Assembly: GCA_963843975.1 (NCBI GenBank) | Contig: CAWJMG010000003.1 | Coordinates: 2,520,001 to 2,552,000 of the forward strand | Direction of reading: 5' to 3' | Length of the DNA: 32,000 nt | Origin: an uncultured Actinomycetes bacterium | GTDB taxonomy: Bacteria > Actinomycetota > Actinomycetes > S36-B12 > CAIYMF01 | Shown here: piece by piece, positions 26,469 through 32,000 of the stretch | How the letters are laid out: the number at the start of each line of letters is the position of its first letter | Position numbering within the stretch: the stretch's first letter is position 1 | Program-made: the position numbers and the translations under genes | The notes under the pieces: generated by a model | Seen by the model: only the letters and a program-made list of their open reading frames with translations | Database searches by the model: none | Told to the model about the DNA's origin: nothing

Positions 26469-26701
26469 GGATCCAGGGTGCCGGTACGCACCGTCACGAT
26501 GAATCCGCCGGACGGGTGACCACGAACGGGTGACGACGACCACGGATGCCCGATTCGCCCGGTCGAGGTGAACCGAGCGTGAATGCCTTGCTACGCATGT
26601 GTTTCCTCGGCGCGGCGTGCGGACCAACGAGCAGGCGGGCGCGGCACTCTGACCCCGCGGGCGGCTCCGAGCCGCCCGTCCAGACTCGAAGGAGCGCGAC
26701 G

Positions 26702-26986
26702 ATGATCAAGGTGTCGAAGGCCCGCAAGGGAGGCACGACGGTGACCTTCGTGCTGCCCGGCGACGTGCACGACGGCCCGGTCAGCGTGGTCGGCGACTTC
26801 AACGGCTGGACTCCGGGGGCCAACCCCCTCGTCCGCCGGTGGAACGGCACCCGCAGCGCCAAGGTCGAGGTCGAGGAGGGGCGCTTCGAGTTCCGCTACC
26901 TCGGCGCCGGCGGCACCTGGCTGGACGAGCCCGAGGCACCCGAGCGCAACGGCGACAACGCCGTCCTCGTCGTCCCCGTCGCCTGA
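26702..26986 (+). CDS. small CBM48 / isoamylase-N (glycogen-binding, early-set) domain protein
   Basis: SD GAAGGAG before ATG 26702. MIKVSKARKGGTTVTFVLPGDVHDGPVSVVGDFNGWTP...RFEFRYLGAGGTWLDEPEA. Confidence 0.75.
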   Translation: MIKVSKARKGGTTVTFVLPGDVHDGPVSVVGDFNGWTPGANPLVRRWNGTRSAKVEVEEGRFEFRYLGAGGTWLDEPEAPERNGDNAVLVVPVA

Positions 26987-27149
26987 CCGACCGCCGCCGA
27001 CCGGCGGCCGGGCCGCTGCCTCGGACGGCGTGAGACCAGCCTCGACCCTGAACTAGTCTCTGGGGCGGACGCGTGGTCGCCACGGCTGCGCGACGGTTCG
27101 GGGGGACGAGTGGGTCAGTCATGACTCGGGGACGACAGGTCGGGCGCGC

Positions 27150-28391
27150 GTGAAGATCCAGCTGGTCAGCCAGTTCTTCGACCCCGAGCCCACGCTCAAG
27201 GGGATGGTCTTCGCGGGCGGTCTGCGGGACCGGGGCCACGACGTGCGGGTGCTCACCGGATTCCCGAACTACCCCAGCGGCGAGGTGGCCGACGGCTACA
27301 CGCTCCGCCCGCACCAGCGCGAAGTGCTGGACGGCGTAGTGGTCGACCGCATGTGGCTCTATCCCAGCCACGATCGGTCCGTGGTGCGCCGTGCGGGCAA
27401 CTACGCGAGCTGGGCGGCATCCTCCAGCGCCCGGGTGCTCGTCGACCGCTGGCAGCCTGACGTCGTGTGGGCCCACCATCCGCCGTTGACGGCGCTGAGC
27501 GCAGCGCTCTTGCAGACGGCCCTACGACGGCCGCCGCTCGCGATCGAGATCCAGGATCTCTGGCCGCAGTCGCTCAGCTCGACCGGAATGGTGTCGGGCT
27601 CGATGCCCTTGCGGGCGGTCGGAGCGGGGATGCAGGCCGCGTATCGCCGGGCCGACCGCATCATCTGCATCTCCTCCGGTTTCAAGGGCGCCATCGCTGG
27701 CACCGGAATCCCCGAGGACAAGCTCGACGTCATCCGCAACTGGGCTGACGAGAGCCGCCTCGCCCCGACAGAGGACGATCGCGCCTGGGCGACCGCGCAG
27801 GTCGACAGCGCCCGGTTCAACCTCGCCTTCACGGGCAACATGGGGCCGGCACAGGCGCTCCCCGCCCTCCTCGACGCCCTCGCGATCGCTCTCCCCGAGG
27901 CACCCCTCGCCACGCTGCACATGGTCGGTGACGGGTTGGACCTGGCAGATCTTCAGAACCAGGCCGCGAGCCTGCCTCAGGGCTCCGTGGTGTTCCACGG
28001 ACGGCAGCCGATGGGTCGGACGGCCGCTCTGGCGCAAGCCTGCGACGTGGGTGTCGTGCATCTCAAGGACGACCCGCTGTTCGAGATCACGATCCCGTCC
28101 AAGACCCAGGCGTACCTCCACCTCGGTGTGCCAGTCCTCATGGCAGCGCGCGGGGACGCGGCCGATCTCGTCCGCTCCGCCGGAGCGGGCGTGGTCGCAT
28201 CCCCCGGGAACGCAGCGCACGTGGCACAGGCGATCGTCGCGCTCGCCCGCGCGGGGCGCGGCGAGCTTCGCGTCGTGGGCGAGCGGGGCCGCGCCTTCTA
28301 CCGCGAGCAGCTGTCGGTGAGCTCCGGCCTCGACAGGTACGAGCATCTCTTCGACGGCCTCACCTCCGGGCGGGCCCGAGATGCTCACTAG
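27150..28391 (+). CDS. GT4-family glycosyltransferase (WcaI/WbuB-like)
   Basis: ORF track, 413 aa. MKIQLVSQFFDPEPTLKG...GHDVRVLTGFPNYPSG... is the typical N-terminus, followed by a C-terminal GT-B domain. Confidence 0.88.
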   Translation: MKIQLVSQFFDPEPTLKGMVFAGGLRDRGHDVRVLTGFPNYPSGEVADGYTLRPHQREVLDGVVVDRMWLYPSHDRSVVRRAGNYASWAASSSARVLVDRWQPDVVWAHHPPLTALSAALLQTALRRPPLAIEIQDLWPQSLSSTGMVSGSMPLRAVGAGMQAAYRRADRIICISSGFKGAIAGTGIPEDKLDVIRNWADESRLAPTEDDRAWATAQVDSARFNLAFTGNMGPAQALPALLDALAIALPEAPLATLHMVGDGLDLADLQNQAASLPQGSVVFHGRQPMGRTAALAQACDVGVVHLKDDPLFEITIPSKTQAYLHLGVPVLMAARGDAADLVRSAGAGVVASPGNAAHVAQAIVALARAGRGELRVVGERGRAFYREQLSVSSGLDRYEHLFDGLTSGRARDAH

Positions 28392-29025
28392 ATACGGCCG
28401 GGCGCCCAAGCGGGCGTTGGACGTCGTCGCCTCGGGCACCCTGCTGCTGGTGCTGTCGCCCGTCATCGCGTCCGTCGCGGTCCTGGTCCGACGCAAGCTC
28501 GGAGCGCCGGTGCTCTTCCGGCAGGAGCGGACGGGGCGGCAGGAGCGGACCTTCGAGATGGTCAAGTTCCGGACGATGACCGACGAGCGGTCGCCCGACG
28601 GCGACCTGCTGCCCGACGGCGATCGCCTGACCTCGTTCGGCGCGTTCCTGCGCCGATCAAGCCTCGATGAGCTTCCCGAGCTCTGGAACGTGCTCCGGGG
28701 CGACATGAGCCTGATCGGCCCCCGCCCCCTTCCCCTTCACTACACCCCGCACTTCACCCCCGAGGAGCGCGCACGCTTCGACGTCCGGCCGGGGATCACC
28801 GGGCTTGCCCAGGTGTCCGGCCGCAACGCCCTCTCGTGGGATGCGCGGTTCGCGCTGGACGTCGAGTACGCCGCGACCTGCTCGTTCCTGCTCGACGCGT
28901 CGATCCTCGTCCGGACGGTCGTCGTCGCGCTGCGCCGCGACGGCCTCATCGTCGATCCGGGAGCGGCCATGGCCAACTTCGACGTCGAGCGTTCGGCACC
29001 CGGCGGTGGGCCCGACGGTGGCTGA
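28381..29025 (+). CDS. small (monotopic) phosphoglycosyl transferase, bacterial sugar transferase family (PglC/WecP-like)
   Basis: ORF track, 214 aa. KRALDVVASGTLLLVLSP...LFRQERTG...FEMVKFRTM...DELPELWNVLRGDMSLIGPRP. Confidence 0.92.
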   Translation: MLTRYGRAPKRALDVVASGTLLLVLSPVIASVAVLVRRKLGAPVLFRQERTGRQERTFEMVKFRTMTDERSPDGDLLPDGDRLTSFGAFLRRSSLDELPELWNVLRGDMSLIGPRPLPLHYTPHFTPEERARFDVRPGITGLAQVSGRNALSWDARFALDVEYAATCSFLLDASILVRTVVVALRRDGLIVDPGAAMANFDVERSAPGGGPDGG

Positions 29026-29767
29026 CGACCTGCACCTCGCCGACGCCGCCCCCGCGGACGCGCCCCTGATCGGCGCACTGCTGCGGGAGGTGTTCGACCC
29101 GTTCATGCTCGAGTCGTCCGTGTACCGCGAGCCGTCGGGCGACATCGCCCTGCATCGCGAGCTCGAGCAGGACCCCGCCGACCGGCGGCGACGGGTGCGC
29201 CTCGCGACGATCGGGGGACGCCTTGCGGGTGCGGCGATCTGGGGATCCGGCGCGGACCGCCAGCTCGACTACGTGGGGGTCGCGACCAGCTTCGGCCGAT
29301 CCGGCGTCGGCAACGCCCTGCTGGAGGACTTCGAGGAGGGCGCGGCCAGCTGCGCCCTCGAGGTCTTCGAGCGCAACGACCGGGCGTGGCAGTGGTACCG
29401 CAGGCATGGCTACGAGCCGACGACGTCGAGAACCTTCCAGGTCCTCGATCTCACCGCCGCGCGTCCGGCGGCTCCCGGGACTTGGTCGGTCGACCCTTTC
29501 GATGCCGCCGACGCCATCGCGACCACGGGCGTCTGCGCCGTGGAGCCGGCCTGCGACGGCGTGGGGACCGTTCACCTCCTGGCCTACGGACGTGGGCATG
29601 TGCGACTCCGACCGGGATCCGACCTCGAACCCGAGCTGGTTGCCGGCATCGCACGAGCGGTGTTCCCCGACCGCGACCGGCTGATCGTCATCGGCGGCGC
29701 GCCTGCCCCGGCCGGGCTCGTCGTGGACGCCGATGCGCTGTGGAAGATGGAGCTATGCACGCCCTAG
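29018..29767 (+). CDS. GNAT-family N-acetyltransferase with extra C-terminal domain
   Basis: GTG 29018 (8-nt overlap with the upstream gene) within ORF 28805..29767. Acetyl-CoA motif YVGVATSFGRSGVGNALLEDF and NDRAWQWYRRHGYE. Confidence 0.7.
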   Translation: MADDLHLADAAPADAPLIGALLREVFDPFMLESSVYREPSGDIALHRELEQDPADRRRRVRLATIGGRLAGAAIWGSGADRQLDYVGVATSFGRSGVGNALLEDFEEGAASCALEVFERNDRAWQWYRRHGYEPTTSRTFQVLDLTAARPAAPGTWSVDPFDAADAIATTGVCAVEPACDGVGTVHLLAYGRGHVRLRPGSDLEPELVAGIARAVFPDRDRLIVIGGAPAPAGLVVDADALWKMELCTP

Positions 29768-30681
29768 ACCCGAGCCTCGTGCGCGTCGCGGCCGCGCGCC
29801 CCGCTGCCCGCAGCGCCATCGCCGAGGTGGTGGGCGGTCTCGCTCTGCCGCGACCGGCTCGCGTGATGATCCCGGCGTACTACGGGGCGAGCCCGCGCGA
29901 GGGGTCGGGAGTCATGGACCCGCTGCTCGCCGTCGGTGCGGCGGTGTCCGTCTACCCGGTGACGACGGCGCTCGAGATCGACGTGGAGGCCTACCGCCGG
30001 ATGCTCGACGCGGTGCAGCCCGATGTCGTCATGATCATCCACTGGTTCGGGTGGGTCGATCCCGCCGTGGCGACTCTCGTCGAGCTGGCACGCGGAGCGG
30101 GAGCGCTCGTCCTGGAGGACCAGGCGCACTCGATGCTGACCGACCTCGTCGGGCGCGGCGCCGGGCGATGGGGGGACGCCTCCGCCGTGTCGGTGCACAA
30201 GTCACTGCCGCTTCCGGGCGGGCTCCTCATCTCCCGCAGAGCCGTGGCGGGAGCCGTCGCGATGGACGGCGTCGACGTCACGTTCGAGGAGGAGCCGGGG
30301 TTCACGGCATCCGAGCTGGCCACGACGTCCGAGCGCCGACGACGACTGGCCGCAGATGGCATTGCGCTCCTGTCCCGGGGCCTCGCACCCCTCGCCCCTC
30401 TTCGACGCACGCTCCCGGACGACGTCGTGCCCATGAACCTCCCCGTGCTCGTGCCGCCGAGCGAGCGGCAGCGCCTGTACGAGGAGATGAACGCCTCGGG
30501 TGTGCGCGTGGCCTGCCTCTACTACCGGCTCGGGCCGGGCATCGACCCCGAGCAGCACCCGGCGTCCCGATGGCTGTCGGAGCGGCTGATGAACATCCCC
30601 CTCGACTCGGCGACCGAGCAGGCGGGGATCTCGGGGATCCTGCACGACCTCGCCCGCAGAGCCCTGCGTGAACATGCTTGA
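29755..30681 (+). CDS. DegT/DnrJ/EryC1/StrS-like PLP-dependent aminotransferase (short form)
   Basis: ATG 29755 within ORF 29386..30681. ...LVLEDQAHS... followed by SVHKSLP (candidate PLP lysine). The call is tentative because the N-terminus is atypical. Confidence 0.6.
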   Translation: MHALDPSLVRVAAARPAARSAIAEVVGGLALPRPARVMIPAYYGASPREGSGVMDPLLAVGAAVSVYPVTTALEIDVEAYRRMLDAVQPDVVMIIHWFGWVDPAVATLVELARGAGALVLEDQAHSMLTDLVGRGAGRWGDASAVSVHKSLPLPGGLLISRRAVAGAVAMDGVDVTFEEEPGFTASELATTSERRRRLAADGIALLSRGLAPLAPLRRTLPDDVVPMNLPVLVPPSERQRLYEEMNASGVRVACLYYRLGPGIDPEQHPASRWLSERLMNIPLDSATEQAGISGILHDLARRALREHA

Positions 30682-31697
30682 GGCCCTGCGCGCCTCGAAC
30701 GCGGACGAGCGCGCACGCTGGGTCGCCCTCATGCGTGAGTGGTCGGGTTCGTCCCCGGCGTGCTTCCCGTCGTACCTCGAGCTCTTCGCCCGACCCGACG
30801 AGGAGCCGACGTTGCTCGCCCTCGAACGGGACGGCCAGCGGGCGGTGCTGCCACTTCTGCTGCGCCCGATCCCGGGTCCAGCGCAGGCCCGGGACGCCGT
30901 GGGGCCGTATGGCTACGGGGCGAAGCTTCGACACCGGGGACGGGTCGCCCCGCGCGGAGTTCTGGGAGGGAGCCCGGTCGTGGCTCGCCGACAACGATGT
31001 CGTGAGCACCGTGGTTCGGCTGCCCGTGGTGGACGGCGCGCCACCGTGGCCGTTCGCCCGGCACGAGGTCGGGAGCAACATCGTCCGGGACATCAGGCCG
31101 TGGGCCGAGCTCTGGGCCGACATGGACCACAAGGTGCGCAAGAACTACAACCGCGCAGTTCAATCGGGGCTTACGGTCGGGTTCGGCCGGCTCGAGATGC
31201 TGGACGACTTCCTGCCCGTCTACCTCGCGACCATGGCCCGGCGCGAGGCCGCGGAGGCGTTCCACCTCGACGCCCAACGGCTGGGAGCCCTTCTCGACGA
31301 GATCGACGGCCGATTCGTCGTGGCCGTGGCCAGCCACGACGGGCGACCGCTCGCCGTCGAGCTGTGCCTCGTCGACGGTCCGACCGCCTACTCCTTCCTC
31401 GGGGGAACGCTGGAGCAGGGCTTTCCCTTGCGCGCCAACGACTACCTGAAGTGCGAGATCTTCCGCTGGTGCGAGGGCAACGGTGTGCGGAACTTCGTGC
31501 TCGGCGGCGGCCTGGGCGGCCAGGAGGACGGCATCTACCGCTACAAGAAGAGCTTCGCGCCGCACGGCTCGACCGGCTTCTCCATCGGCGAGTGGAGGGT
31601 CCGGCCCGAGGACTACGACCGGCTGGTCGCCGACCGGGCGGCGCGCGAGCCGGGATGGTCGCCCCCACCCGGGACGCTCCCCTCCTACCGGGGATGA
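30674..31697 (+). pseudogene. FemAB-family / BioF2-like acyltransferase-fold protein, frameshifted near 30917-30924
   Basis: N-terminus in the ORF 30668..31774 frame (MLEALRASNADERARWVALMREW...DAVGPYGYG). The remainder is in the ORF 30678..31697 frame (SFDTGDGSPRAEFWE...NYNRAVQSG...FLGGT...GIYRYKKSFAP...). The switch occurs at a GGGG run. Confidence 0.7.
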
Positions 31698-31818
31698 CCC
31701 CCCAGCCCGCTCCGCAGAGTCACGGTGCCGAAGATCTCATCACTCACCGCGCTTCGGACATAGCCGAGAGTTAGCGTTTCGAGGGCCAGGCGGGTTACCG
31801 TCTCGGCGGGCACGGGGG

Positions 31819-32000
31819 GTGCTCACGCCACCCAGGGCGCAGGCCAAGATCACCGGGGGAACGGTGCTGAAGAACCAGGCAGTCCGGCATGCCGCACAGG
31901 CCACGATCGACGCACTCATGTGGGTCGGCGCGGTCATTTTGGCGACGGCGGCGAGGTACGAGTTCGACCTGACGGGCATCCCGCGGTCCTCGATCCTCGC
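31819..32000 (+). CDS. partial CDS, possible N-terminus of a membrane-anchored polysaccharide biosynthesis protein (CapD/WbpM/PglF-like)
   Basis: My own translation from GTG 31819 gives VLTPPRAQAKITGGTVLKNQAVRHAAQATIDALMWVGAVILATAARYEFDLTGIPRSSIL..., with high GC3, open to the window end. The D-x-L...hydrophobic...RYEF pattern resembles N-termini of that family. Tentative. Confidence 0.4.
   Translation, partial: MLTPPRAQAKITGGTVLKNQAVRHAAQATIDALMWVGAVILATAARYEFDLTGIPRSSIL

Noticed and set aside
26993-27008. Short GC hairpin GCCGCC-gacc-GGCGGC after the CBM48 gene, as a possible terminator.
   Set aside because: It has only a 6-bp stem and no flanking support, which is too weak to call.

Overview
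High-GC (roughly 70 percent by eye) actinobacterial-type DNA, densely coding on both strands. Left to right: (1) The N-terminal part of an unrecognised gene, then a 3' fragment of tRNA-Gly(CCC) that looks like an integration scar. (2) A cell-envelope sensing and export neighbourhood. It holds a 2-TM K+ channel-like gene, an ABC ATPase with two ABC-2 permeases and a lipoprotein, and two paralogous OmpR-type response regulator / histidine kinase pairs (one pair convergent and overlapping). It also holds a secreted acidic tandem-repeat protein and a DUF347-type membrane protein translationally coupled to a PAP2 phosphatase. Three promoters in this block share a conserved box. (3) A decayed mobilizable element: a frameshifted MobF/TrwC-type relaxase-helicase, an Xis/AlpA-like HTH gene and tandem decamer repeats. 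It ends at a 42-bp tRNA-Phe 3' fragment followed by a terminator hairpin and map. (4) A housekeeping block: map, an F420-type nitroreductase-family protein, a membrane protein, topoisomerase IB, and a double-hotdog thioesterase coupled to menB. (5) A DUF222/HNH (REP13E12-like) gene, a GH32/68-clan hydrolase, a Zn-dependent alcohol dehydrogenase and a small CBM48 protein. (6) A glycan biosynthesis cluster: GT4, small phosphoglycosyl transferase, GNAT, DegT-like aminotransferase, FemAB-like protein and a possible CapD/WbpM-like start at the right edge. At least six genes carry apparent single-base frameshifts. I saw no rRNA, intact tRNA or CRISPR array. I found no recognisable complete defence system. 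The most interesting signals are the shared regulatory box tying three operons to the two two-component systems, and the two tRNA-derived att scars.
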